This document shows positions 1 to 9,139 of a DNA stretch of 64,000 nucleotides, piece after piece. Position 1 is the stretch's first letter. Each line of letters starts with the position of its first letter. The notes below the pieces were generated by a model. It saw only the letters and a program-made list of their open reading frames with translations. It was not told the DNA's origin and did no database searches. The stretch lies in contig CAYRQF010000001.1 of the NCBI GenBank assembly GCA_964426385.1, positions 102,190 through 166,189 on the forward strand, written 5' to 3'. The stretch is from an uncultured Candidatus Saccharibacteria bacterium. GTDB taxonomy: Bacteria; Patescibacteriota; Minisyncoccia; Phycocordibacterales; CSBR16-119. Made by a program: the position numbers and the translations under genes.

Positions 1-656
1 AAAATAGTAAAAATGAAAGTTTGTCATGGGACGCACCGTATAGAAACGCCTGGTTAAAAATCAAAGATGATAAACAAATAATGTCTCAAGTTGCACAGAT
101 ACCACATCGTTCAAGAATTGCTCGAAAGACTAAAGGTGCTAGTGGTGTAGTCGCTTTTGCGAAAAAAAGCGGAAATTATGTATTTGCATTTGGAGCAACC
201 CCAGAAATGGTTGATATAGTTTCTCCTCAAGTTGCACTTCCTTTATTTAACGAGGTAGTTGATTCTGAGCAATCCCTTGAGACAAGTATGAATTTTGATC
301 CCATCTATAAAATGGCAAAGGAGCATATCTTCAAAGACAATACTAGGGTGACCGTAGACGGTGGAAGAAAGCAGGATGCACTTAATCGTATCAAACTACT
401 GAGCGAGATATATCCACAAGCCAAGGACCTTTGTATAGATGTTATACGTGCAATTAAAGATCTCGATGCATTACCAAACGGAGTTTTGAAAGAAATAGTA
501 AATTTAAGAATTGAGAAGACAAACCCTGATAGTGCATACCAGGAATTAAGAATCCTAATTCCAAATAAATATATCGAAAGTATCTTCAAGACAGCAGAAC
601 GGGCTAATGACGATGGGCAACTTATCGTGTTGTCTGAAGAGTTAATCCCATCATGA
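1..656 (+). CDS. C-terminal part of a gene truncated by the window edge; probably the helicase-type partner of the downstream methyltransferase
   Basis: The frame is open from the window start (N-S-K-N-E-S-L-S-W...) and overlaps the MTase start (ATGA). No helicase motifs are visible in this fragment, so the call rests on context. Confidence 0.4.
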   Translation, partial: NSKNESLSWDAPYRNAWLKIKDDKQIMSQVAQIPHRSRIARKTKGASGVVAFAKKSGNYVFAFGATPEMVDIVSPQVALPLFNEVVDSEQSLETSMNFDPIYKMAKEHIFKDNTRVTVDGGRKQDALNRIKLLSEIYPQAKDLCIDVIRAIKDLDALPNGVLKEIVNLRIEKTNPDSAYQELRILIPNKYIESIFKTAERANDDGQLIVLSEELIPS

Positions 657-3600
657 AATTAAACGAGAAGTATAATCAGGGCCCTTTTATTGATTTTATT
701 GGTAATTTTTTACCTGATGATTTTCAATTAAAAGACGAAGATATTATTATTAAAAAAGATAGATATAAAGAAATCAGCAAAGCAAAAATTTTAGGCTTTT
801 GTGAATCGTTAGATTTGCATGTCTTAGAGATGGACCATACTCATGATAAGGATCCGAGAATAACCATAGCAACTGACGCGTTTAAAATCTTAGCAGACCA
901 TTGGATTCACCGAGCCCTAGTTATCTTCAAAAATAACGATTCTGAAAACTATCGCTTTTCGTATTTAACCATTACCTTAGATCTTAATGATAAAAATAAG
1001 GTCACGAAGAAATATTCTAATGCACGTCGATACTCTTTCTATTTGGGTGGTAATGCAAAAGTTAAAACACCAGAACAACAACTTATCAAAAAAGGCAGAA
1101 TTAAAGACGTAGAAGATTTGCTCAGTAGATTTTCTGTTGAGGTTGTTAATAAGCAATTTTATTTTGAGATTGCGAAATTCTTTGATGAACTTGTTTCAGG
1201 TGAAGATAAAAATCTAATACTTCCGGGCATATCTGAAGAAGATACAAATACGCGAAAGAGTTTCGCTGTTCGGCTCATTGGTCGTATTATGTTTTGTTGG
1301 TTTTTGAAACAGAAAAAATCAAATAATGGTCAGCTTATTCCTGATGAATTGCTTTCTTCAAAGATAGTTTCGGATAACTACTATCACAGTACGCTTGAGC
1401 CGTTATTTTTTGGCGTACTAAATACAAACATCGATTCTCGCGATATTCGTAGCGATTCCTTTGATAAAGTGCCGTATCTCAATGGAGGACTTTTTAACCC
1501 TCAATCAGACGATTATTATGAGCTCGATAGGGGAACTTTCGCCTCAAGGCACATAAACACTCTTAAAATCAATGATTCTTGGCTTAAGGACTTTTTTGAG
1601 CTTCTTGAAACTTATAACTTTACCATTGATGAAAATACAGTTTTTGATCAAGAACTTTCTGTTGATCCGGAAATGCTCGGTAGAATTTTTGAAAATCTAC
1701 TTGCAGAAATAAATCCCGAAACCGGAAGTAGTGATCGCAAGAGAACAGGGAGCTTTTATACTCCGCGTCAAATAGTTGAGTATATGGTTGATCAATCGTT
1801 GGTTGAATATCTAAAGACTAAGACAAAAATTAATGAAAAAAAGATATCAGCACTTGTTAGTTATGATTTAACAGATGATACAGAACATCCACTAAATAAT
1901 GACGAAAAACAAGAAATTATAAATGCGATAGAATCTCTTAAAATTCTTGACCCTGCTTGTGGTTCCGGTGCATACCCAATCGGCGCACTTCAGAAAATTG
2001 TTTACATTCTCCAGCAAATTGATCCGGATTGTAAAATGTGGCTTGAGCAGAAACTAAAAAATATTCCGGAGTTATATAAGAAAAAAATAATTGACGAAGT
2101 TAAATCTAACCCTTTTGACTACACACGAAAACTTGATGTTATTAAAAATTCAATCTTCGGTGTAGATATTCAACCAATTGCGGTGGATGTTTCCCGCTTG
2201 AGATGTTTTTTGACACTCGTCGTTGAGTCAGAAGTAAATGATACAAAACCAAACAGAGGAATAGAACCTTTACCGAACTTAGACTTTAAATTTGTATGTG
2301 CGAATACTTTGATTGGCTTGCCAAAATCTCAATCCAGCAATCTTTTCGAAGATCATTCCGGTATAATTGAGCTTTCAAAAATAATGTCGGAGTATTTTTC
2401 ATGTAATAGTCAAAGAAAAAATGAAATTAAACTTAAATTTACAAATTTACAAAAAGGAATATTAGAAAAGACGGTATCCGCCTTCGGTAAAAATACGGGA
2501 GAGCTAACTTTAAAACTTACAACTTGGAATCCGTTTAGTAATAATTCAAATTCTTGGTTTGACCCGGAATGGATGTTTGGATTGGGGGAAAAGTTTGATG
2601 TGGTTATCGGCAATCCGCCTTATGTTGATTCAGAGACAATGGTGAAAGATAACCCTGATTTGAGAAATTTATATACTTCGCTTTACAAAACAGCTAAAGG
2701 TAATTGGGATTTGTTTATCATTTTTATAGAGCAGGGCATTAATTTTCTAAGCCATTATGGAAATTTGTCATTCATCGTGCCTAACAAATTGATTGCCGCA
2801 AAATATTCTGAGTCAATTAGGCTCCACATGCAGACTAAAAATATAAAATACATAAGGGATTATTCTGATGTGAGGGTGTTTAAGGAGGCGAGTGTCTACC
2901 CGATTGTTTTTCAGATATCAAACTCATTAAATTCAGATTCAAGCATCATCTTAACAAAAATGAAAGATATTGAAGAATACGAATTAATTAACCAAATACC
3001 TCACGCGCTGTTTTATACGGACGTATTCTGGGATAGGTATTTTATAAAACCAGAAGCACTCAAAGTAATTATTAAAATCTCACAAAATCCTAAACTTGAA
3101 AAAATTAACGACTTAGTTTTGGGCGCAGCCACTGTTAATGAAGCATATCAGTTAAAAGAAATTATTACTGAGGCAGAAATTGAAAAACAAGAATATAAAA
3201 AACTAATTAATTCTGGAACAATTGATCCATATACTTCTTTATGGGGTGACAAAAAAACTCAATATATTAAATCGTCATATAAAGCACCCGTAGTCGAAAA
3301 TGACGAGCTAAACAAATTATTGCCGAGACGGTTTATTCAGGCGAATAGTGAAAAGCTTATTGTTGCCGGTATGTCAAAGAGATTAGAGGTTCTCTACGAT
3401 TCCGGTGAATACATTGCTGGTAAATCTACCACAATCATTTTAAATAATGAGAAAATTAACATGTTGTATTTACTTGCAGTTCTTAATTCAAAATTGATTT
3501 CTTATTGGTATAAGGTCTATTTTAGTTCTTTGTCACTTGCTGGAGGTTATCTAAGAATTAGTAATAACGAAATCAAAAAAATTCCAATCGTAGTGGCTGA

Positions 3601-3763
3601 TAAAAATACGCAAGAAGTTATGATTAAAATTGTTAACCAAATTCACGATTATAAAAAGGGAAGTAATAAAAATACAGACGACCTTGAGTCAAAAATTGAT
3701 GAATTAGTTATGGATTTATATGGACTAAGTGAGGAGGAAAAAGAAATAATTAGAAATTCATAA
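653..3763 (+). CDS. Eco57I/type IIG-like N6-adenine DNA methyltransferase with C-terminal TaqI-like specificity domain
   Basis: Contains motif X (GSFYTP), motif I (ILDPACGSG), motif IV (IGNPPY), the YLNGGLF and DPEMLGRIFENLL signatures, and a C-terminal YLLAVLNSKL...LYGLSEEE. Confidence 0.9.
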   Translation: MKLNEKYNQGPFIDFIGNFLPDDFQLKDEDIIIKKDRYKEISKAKILGFCESLDLHVLEMDHTHDKDPRITIATDAFKILADHWIHRALVIFKNNDSENYRFSYLTITLDLNDKNKVTKKYSNARRYSFYLGGNAKVKTPEQQLIKKGRIKDVEDLLSRFSVEVVNKQFYFEIAKFFDELVSGEDKNLILPGISEEDTNTRKSFAVRLIGRIMFCWFLKQKKSNNGQLIPDELLSSKIVSDNYYHSTLEPLFFGVLNTNIDSRDIRSDSFDKVPYLNGGLFNPQSDDYYELDRGTFASRHINTLKINDSWLKDFFELLETYNFTIDENTVFDQELSVDPEMLGRIFENLLAEINPETGSSDRKRTGSFYTPRQIVEYMVDQSLVEYLKTKTKINEKKISALVSYDLTDDTEHPLNNDEKQEIINAIESLKILDPACGSGAYPIGALQKIVYILQQIDPDCKMWLEQKLKNIPELYKKKIIDEVKSNPFDYTRKLDVIKNSIFGVDIQPIAVDVSRLRCFLTLVVESEVNDTKPNRGIEPLPNLDFKFVCANTLIGLPKSQSSNLFEDHSGIIELSKIMSEYFSCNSQRKNEIKLKFTNLQKGILEKTVSAFGKNTGELTLKLTTWNPFSNNSNSWFDPEWMFGLGEKFDVVIGNPPYVDSETMVKDNPDLRNLYTSLYKTAKGNWDLFIIFIEQGINFLSHYGNLSFIVPNKLIAAKYSESIRLHMQTKNIKYIRDYSDVRVFKEASVYPIVFQISNSLNSDSSIILTKMKDIEEYELINQIPHALFYTDVFWDRYFIKPEALKVIIKISQNPKLEKINDLVLGAATVNEAYQLKEIITEAEIEKQEYKKLINSGTIDPYTSLWGDKKTQYIKSSYKAPVVENDELNKLLPRRFIQANSEKLIVAGMSKRLEVLYDSGEYIAGKSTTIILNNEKINMLYLLAVLNSKLISYWYKVYFSSLSLAGGYLRISNNEIKKIPIVVADKNTQEVMIKIVNQIHDYKKGSNKNTDDLESKIDELVMDLYGLSEEEKEIIRNS

Positions 3764-3766
3764 AAT

Positions 3767-4672
3767 ATGATTGATGGAGATAAAAAGGAAATAAAGGAAA
3801 TCGTTATTACTCTTCACGGAGACTTAATGAGTGACAACAGTGTTGACTATAGGACAGTATTTGATGTTGTCGATGGGTCAATTGGTGCTATAGAAGGGTT
3901 CTCTCGTATTGCTAATTTTAACCAAGTTGTGAGTTATCGAGTGAAGCCGCCACGAAAGGGAAGTTTTGAAATATCGATTCAGGCAGTTCAGTTACTAGGA
4001 GTAGCCACGTTACCTATTATACAGAATGCTGGGACTATTAAAGATGTTATTAATCTTTTTACCGAGTATGTAAAAATTAAAAAAGCCCTAAGGGGTGAAG
4101 AGTTAAATAAAGAAAATATTCAAACTAATGAAAATGGAGATATTATTATAAAAAATAAAAGTGGATCCGTAGTTTATAATGATAATAGGAGGATAATCAG
4201 TGTTAATGTTATTAATAATGCGATAGCAGATCCACAAATAAATAAAAAAATAGATAAAATTGTAACCGCATTAGAGAAGAATGAGCAAGTTGATACTATA
4301 TTATTTAAGGATCCAGAATTAAAAGAAAATAACACTTTAACTATAAATAAAACAGATGTAGATGCATTAAAGTATAAAGAAAAATTTGAAGAAAAAGCAG
4401 ACCAACTTGTCGGCTATATAAGAATGATAAACAATAAAACCAATAAGGGAATAATTACAGCTTCAAATGATGAGAAGGGTCGAGGAATTAATTTTGAAAT
4501 TGACATAAAAGACATAGACCTTCTTGATAAGGTCGTCAGAAATCTTGCCCTGGCTGAAGCAGATAGATCAAGAGTGGTGTTCTCCGGTGAAAAGACTCTT
4601 GATTCTGTAGGGAATATAAAAAAGATTATTGTAAATGATGTTGATATTGTAGACAAATCATTTGATTTTTAA
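3767..4672 (+). CDS. hypothetical protein in RM/defence island
   Basis: 301-aa AT-rich ORF starting 3 nt after the MTase stop; no recognisable motif. Confidence 0.7.
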   Translation: MIDGDKKEIKEIVITLHGDLMSDNSVDYRTVFDVVDGSIGAIEGFSRIANFNQVVSYRVKPPRKGSFEISIQAVQLLGVATLPIIQNAGTIKDVINLFTEYVKIKKALRGEELNKENIQTNENGDIIIKNKSGSVVYNDNRRIISVNVINNAIADPQINKKIDKIVTALEKNEQVDTILFKDPELKENNTLTINKTDVDALKYKEKFEEKADQLVGYIRMINNKTNKGIITASNDEKGRGINFEIDIKDIDLLDKVVRNLALAEADRSRVVFSGEKTLDSVGNIKKIIVNDVDIVDKSFDF

Positions 4673-4680
4673 TTGATTTC

Positions 4681-4873
4681 ATGGACATACTTGCGCACAC
4701 ATTATGGGCGAATGCCGGGGCAAGGGGGTAGGGTAGTACAATTCCTTTCATTCATATTTCCCGTCCATCTCACTCCTTCCACCCCATCATTTAACCCCCG
4801 ATCTCACTATTTCATCACCCCTCCAGACCACTAGTCCATACTAGCATTTTGCAAAACACTGCAATAAGGAAAT
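4681..4873 (+). repeat. composite repeat copy A: 5' fragment of gene 6688 (MDILAHTLWANAGARG*), C-rich spacer, 28-bp palindrome
   Basis: Near-identical to 5835-6035. Its ends match 6688-6737 and 6305-6340. Confidence 0.9.
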
Positions 4874-4899
4874 TTAGAGAAGAATGGTAAAATAGATTT

Positions 4900-5493
4900 A
4901 TGAAAAAATATCATACTGTATTAATTCTTGTAGCGCTGGTAATTGCGTCTATATTTCTTGCTTCACTGCTGGAGGAGGTTACTTGGCGACGGTCTGCTAA
5001 TAAAAAGGCAGTTCTCCAAGAGCAGGCCATAGAGCAAGTTCCTGCTGTTGCTGATACACAAAATATAGAGCCCGAAGAATCTATAAAATCTCCCGTTAAC
5101 TACGAAGCCGCAAATGATTACATTCTTGATAGTGGATGTAGTTATGACATGTCTAATAATGCATACACGAACTGTGCAGAGGATGCGTTAAATAAAATAA
5201 AGGAGGTAAAAAAGAATGATTTTAAAAAATTAAAGGAACTAATGAATAGCAGGGAAGACAATGTCCTAACCTCCAATCAAGAAGAAAACCAAAAGCTGTA
5301 TAGCTGGTATGAATCTTCTGAAAAGGCCAACAGTCTAAGATGCCTAGTCGCTATGTATTGGACAAGGGCTGGTTCTGCTTACAATCAGAACATATATATG
5401 TGTGAAATACAGGAAACACTTACAGATATTGAAATAATCAATGAAAACTACAAAGAAATAAAAGAATGGATTGATACCATGGATATTTATTAA
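4900..5493 (+). CDS. exported Cys-containing protein, possibly LprI/DUF1311-like
   Basis: N-terminal TM/signal segment; the C...W...RC...GS...C spacing is reminiscent of DUF1311. Confidence 0.5.
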   Translation: MKKYHTVLILVALVIASIFLASLLEEVTWRRSANKKAVLQEQAIEQVPAVADTQNIEPEESIKSPVNYEAANDYILDSGCSYDMSNNAYTNCAEDALNKIKEVKKNDFKKLKELMNSREDNVLTSNQEENQKLYSWYESSEKANSLRCLVAMYWTRAGSAYNQNIYMCEIQETLTDIEIINENYKEIKEWIDTMDIY

Positions 5494-5516
5494 TTTATGA
5501 AATATACTATAAAATT

Positions 5517-5777
5517 ATGAAATACTTAATATTAATATTTATACTAATAATATTTTTCTGGTATGTAATACGACCCCAAGTCCTATCAAAAAATATTTGC
5601 GAGTCAACATACGTATACCATAGTTTAATTGAAAACGGTGTCTTGGTAAATTACCATACGGCATCTGGTGTAACAGGACCGACAATAGAATTTTCTAGTA
5701 AAAAATCGGCTATAAAATCCTGTACGTATTTTCACAAAAAAATGTATAGGTCTTCTTTTCCTTTCTATTTATTTTAA
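5517..5777 (+). CDS. small membrane-anchored hypothetical protein
   Basis: N-terminal hydrophobic helix; TACTAT lies 6 nt before the ATG. Confidence 0.6.
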   Translation: MKYLILIFILIIFFWYVIRPQVLSKNICESTYVYHSLIENGVLVNYHTASGVTGPTIEFSSKKSAIKSCTYFHKKMYRSSFPFYLF

Positions 5778-5834
5778 AAAAGGAAATAGGGTCAGCCACA
5801 AAGTATCAAACCAATATGAAAAAATTTACATTGT

Positions 5835-6035
5835 CGCGGGGGCGAGGGGGTAGGGTAGTATTGTTTTACAATTCCTTTTTTTAATTTCTTTCATTCATGT
5901 TTCCCGTCCCATCTCACTCCTCCCACCCCATCATTTAACCCCCGATCTCACTCCTTCCACCACGATCTCACTATTTCATCACCCCTCCAGACCATTAGTC
6001 TATACTAGTATTTTGCAAAACACTGGTATGAGAAA
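5835..6035 (+). repeat. composite repeat copy B
   Basis: GCGGGGGCGAGGGGGTAGGGTAGTA...ATCTCACT x3...ATACTAGTATTTTGCAAAACACTGGTAT; aligns with copy A. Confidence 0.9.
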
Positions 6036-6061
6036 AAAGGCGGTGATATAATTAAAAAACT

Positions 6062-6334
6062 ATGGCATTGGACTATCGAAAAGTTGAAAGGTTGTTAAAA
6101 GGTTTTGCCAATCATAATCGGCTCAAGATTTTGGAATTGCTAGAAAAACAGCCAGAACTGTCTGTGGCTGGCATATCAGAGAAACTTAAAATAGGGTATG
6201 AGAACGCGTCAGATCATATTCGTAAAATGGCTATTGCCGGACTTCTCTTGAAACGTAACGACGGCCCCAACGTCCGCCACCGCCTCACCCCAAAGGCAAT
6301 CTCAATACTAGCATTTTGCAAAACACTAGTATAA
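6062..6334 (+). CDS. ArsR/SmtB-family winged-helix regulator
   Basis: LKGFANHNRLKILELL...LSVAGISEKL...SDHIRKMAIAGLL pattern. Confidence 0.85.
   Translation: MALDYRKVERLLKGFANHNRLKILELLEKQPELSVAGISEKLKIGYENASDHIRKMAIAGLLLKRNDGPNVRHRLTPKAISILAFCKTLV
6305..6332. promoter_or_regulatory. 28-bp imperfect palindrome ATACTAGCATT-TTGCAA-AACACTAGTAT (operator or recombination site); further copies at 4838-4865 and 6002-6029
   Basis: Three copies are seen, each with 11-6-11 inverted symmetry. Confidence 0.6.
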
Positions 6335-6390
6335 GAAAATAGGCGGATATTGAGTGCTGAATTGATATAAAAATACTATAATCGAATCAT

Positions 6391-6654
6391 ATGTCACATG
6401 AAAACCAAGATTTAGAATCAGAAGACGTAGAAGAAACCGAAGCCTGCGTTGATAGCGACGGGAAACCCCTGCTGTCTGGAGATGAGGTATCGGTGATCAA
6501 GGACCTGAAAGTCGGCGGGACGAAACTAACGATTAGAAAGGGGACAGTAATCAAAAATATTAGATTAACCGACGACGTCGAGGAGATCGAATGCCGTTAT
6601 GATGATATGAAAGGCATTATTCTTCGTACTGAATTTTTACGCAAACGTTCGTAG
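6391..6654 (+). CDS. PhnA/YjdM C-terminal domain protein (no Zn ribbon)
   Basis: DSDGKPLLSGDEVSVIKDLKV...KGTVIKNIRL...TEFLRK. Confidence 0.8.
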   Translation: MSHENQDLESEDVEETEACVDSDGKPLLSGDEVSVIKDLKVGGTKLTIRKGTVIKNIRLTDDVEEIECRYDDMKGIILRTEFLRKRS

Positions 6655-6687
6655 GTTTATATTGGCAAAAATAATCATTACGAGATC

Positions 6688-7242
6688 ATGGATATATTGG
6701 CACACACATTATGGACGAACGCGGGGGCGAGGGGGGTGAATAAGCTTCGCGAGAAGAAGGGTAAACCTCGAATATTTCACGTCGGCTGGACAGCCTTCTG
6801 GGGCGTAGCGCCGGACTTCTTCGCCTTTACGGCGCCGTTCGTCATAGCTCTCTGGAACATCGTCTTTGGCGATGCCACATTTGGAAATATTCGCAGCAAT
6901 ATGGACGTGGGAGGGTTCGATCTCGCGGCGTACCTGTATCAGTACAGTCACTCCCTCGTTGTCTTCGCCGTAGTGTTCCTACTAGTCTGGCTCATCTCGC
7001 GCCGTCCACGCTGGGAGATGCTCGGCTGGGCACTCCATATACTCATCGATATCCCGTCTCACGACATCGGTTTCTACGCCACGCCGTTCCTATTCCCGAT
7101 ATCTGACTATCGTTTCCCATACGGCGTGTCCTGGGGTAACACTTACTACATGATCATCAACTACTCCGCACTAGTCCTAGTCTGGAGCGGTATCGCCATC
7201 GCGAAAATCCGCAAGACTATAAATGCCCGAAAGACCCTATAA
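6688..7242 (+). CDS. membrane-bound metal-dependent hydrolase-like protein (YdjM-like)
   Basis: N-terminal HTLW, APD, SHSL and LHILID motifs with TM helices. Confidence 0.65.
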   Translation: MDILAHTLWTNAGARGVNKLREKKGKPRIFHVGWTAFWGVAPDFFAFTAPFVIALWNIVFGDATFGNIRSNMDVGGFDLAAYLYQYSHSLVVFAVVFLLVWLISRRPRWEMLGWALHILIDIPSHDIGFYATPFLFPISDYRFPYGVSWGNTYYMIINYSALVLVWSGIAIAKIRKTINARKTL

Positions 7243-7252
7243 AATGGTTGTA

Positions 7253-7280
7253 TTGACAACGTATATACAATGTATATACT
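7253..7280 (+). promoter_or_regulatory. sigma70 promoter overlapped by tandem GTATATAC palindromes (probable TA operator)
   Basis: TTGACA...TATACT; GTATATAC-AAT-GTATATAC at 7261-7279. Confidence 0.65.
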
Positions 7281-7286
7281 AATGAT

Positions 7287-7547
7287 ATGACTACAATAAA
7301 CATTCGAATCGACGAAAAACTAAAGAAAGCGGCAGGGAAAACCCTGGCGTCTCTTGGCCTCGACACTTCTTCTGCTGTGAAGATGTTTCTTTCGCAGGTA
7401 GTAACCGAAAATGGTTTGCCATTTACTCCAAGTAAAGATCCGGCGAAGATTCGCGCTCGTTGGGATAAGGAAGTCGCAGAAGCTCTGAAGAATGGCAAGA
7501 GGTATTCTACGGCGGAAGAAATGCACAAAGATATCTTCAAGGTATAA
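7287..7547 (+). CDS. dinJ: RelB/DinJ-family antitoxin
   Basis: INIRIDEKLK...LGLDTSSAVKMFL..V...GLPF. Confidence 0.9.
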   Translation: MTTINIRIDEKLKKAAGKTLASLGLDTSSAVKMFLSQVVTENGLPFTPSKDPAKIRARWDKEVAEALKNGKRYSTAEEMHKDIFKV

Positions 7548-7555
7548 TAATAAGC

Positions 7556-7831
7556 ATGTACGAAATCCAATTTTCGTCAACTTACAAAAAGTCTATTAAA
7601 AGAGTAAGGAAAGGTGGGAAGATCTCTATGTCAGAGGTCTACCTTGTCATCAACACTCTTGCCTCTGGTAAACCTCTTTCTGTAAAACACAGGGACCATA
7701 AGCTAAGTGGCGAATTTTCAATGTATCGAGAGTGTCACATCAAGCCAGACTTGTTACTTATATATCAAATCAAAAATGATATTCTAGTTTTGGTTTTAAT
7801 AAACATAGGTTCACACTCAGAGCTTTTCTAG
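7556..7831 (+). CDS. yafQ: YafQ-family mRNA interferase toxin
   Basis: RDHKLSG, RECHIKPDLLLIY and IGSHSELF motifs. Confidence 0.92.
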   Translation: MYEIQFSSTYKKSIKRVRKGGKISMSEVYLVINTLASGKPLSVKHRDHKLSGEFSMYRECHIKPDLLLIYQIKNDILVLVLINIGSHSELF

Positions 7832-7834
7832 GAA

Positions 7835-8086
7835 ATGTACACTTTATATATTCTCAAATGCTCTGACGGGAGTCTCTATACCGGCATCACCACAGACCTA
7901 GCGAGGAGAGTGGCTGAACATAACGCCGGCAAAACAGGCGCGAAGTATACCCGAGCGAGGCGACCGGTAGCAGTCGTATACTCTCGAAAGTTTCGCACAC
8001 GCTCTACTGCGTCTCGTGAAGAAGCGAGGATCAAGACTCTGACTCGCGTTGATAAACTCGAGTTGTTAAGCGCTAAATCTAAATAA
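7835..8086 (+). CDS. GIY-YIG nuclease (UPF0213/YhbQ-like)
   Basis: LYILKCSDGSLYTGIT..RR..EHN.G..GAKYTR. Confidence 0.9.
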   Translation: MYTLYILKCSDGSLYTGITTDLARRVAEHNAGKTGAKYTRARRPVAVVYSRKFRTRSTASREEARIKTLTRVDKLELLSAKSK

Positions 8087-8112
8087 GCGTATAATAGAAA
8101 TAGGCCGAAACG

Positions 8113-8190
8113 TTTACCCCCACACCTACTTTTTCATAGTTCTTTGAACACGCGCCTTTAGCGCAATGAAAAAGTAGGTGTAGGGGTTTA
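8113..8190. repeat. palindromic element family 2, copy 1 (TTTA direct repeats)
   Basis: CCCCCACACCTACTTTTTCAT...ATGAAAAAGTAGGTGTAGGGG flanked by TTTA on both sides. Confidence 0.8.
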
Positions 8191-8213
8191 TCAAAATTAA
8201 TTTAGAAAAATCT

Positions 8214-8546
8214 ATGACACTTATTTTAGGACTTATACTTGGAGCCGGTTTCGTCGTATTCGCACTCCAGAACACGCAGACCGTTATGGTCACATTTCTC
8301 GGATGGGGATTCGAGGGATCTGTTGCCGTCATCGTCATCGCAGCATTACTCGCAGGTATCGTCATCAGCCTACTCATGGCTATCCCGGGAGTTATCCGCA
8401 ACATGATATCCGAATCTAGCCTGCGTGGTCACAACGATGCACTTCGTCGAGAACTCGATGATCACAAAGAGAAGCTCGAGGACGCACATAGGACTATCGC
8501 CGAGATCAAGAAGACTCCTGATGAGATCGTCATCACCAAGCTGTAA
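8214..8546 (+). CDS. LapA/DUF1049 family membrane protein
   Basis: VVFALQNTQTVMVTFLGW motif, two TM helices and a coiled-coil tail. Confidence 0.8.
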   Translation: MTLILGLILGAGFVVFALQNTQTVMVTFLGWGFEGSVAVIVIAALLAGIVISLLMAIPGVIRNMISESSLRGHNDALRRELDDHKEKLEDAHRTIAEIKKTPDEIVITKL

Positions 8547-8548
8547 GA

Positions 8549-9091
8549 ATGGAGAGGAGTATCAACGGCATACCATATACACTGCGTAACACTGCGCGCA
8601 AGATGCGTGTCTCTATCCGCATAGATAGTGCTGGTACTCTCGTCGTTTCGAAGTCTCGGTGGATATCTGTCCGACAAGCTGAGCGGGTCGTAGAGCGGAA
8701 CCTCGTCTGGATAGAGACGAAGATGAAGGAGATGAATGCCAGGCCAAAGAAACTCCTCGAGCACTACTCACGCGCAGACTTCCTCGCTTATCGAGAAACC
8801 GCCAGAAAGCTCGTCAGCGAAAGGCTAAAATATTTCAACCAGACGTATAGATTCGACATCGGTCGCATCTCTATCCGGAATCAGAAGTCTCGGTGGGGTA
8901 GTTGCTCGATGCTCGGGAATGTGAATTTTAATTACAAGCTCGCACTACTGCCACCAGCACTCTCTGACTACGTCATCGTGCATGAACTATGTCATATAGG
9001 TGAAATGAATCATGGGCCGAAGTTCTGGGCACTCGTCGCTAGGGCGATCCCAGACTGGGTAGATAGGAGACGAGCACTGAAAGCTTACTAG
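8549..9091 (+). CDS. YgjP-like (DUF45) M48 metallopeptidase family protein
   Basis: QKSRWGSCS, YVIVHELCH and NHGPKFW motifs. Confidence 0.9.
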   Translation: MERSINGIPYTLRNTARKMRVSIRIDSAGTLVVSKSRWISVRQAERVVERNLVWIETKMKEMNARPKKLLEHYSRADFLAYRETARKLVSERLKYFNQTYRFDIGRISIRNQKSRWGSCSMLGNVNFNYKLALLPPALSDYVIVHELCHIGEMNHGPKFWALVARAIPDWVDRRRALKAY

Positions 9092-9139
9092 TATCCGAGA
9101 AATAGCCTTTTTGGAAATTATAGTTTAGAATATTTACAT

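Noticed and set aside
4681-6340. CRISPR array
   Set aside because: Only 2-3 copies, separated by hundreds of bp of genes rather than 30-40-nt spacers; no cas genes.
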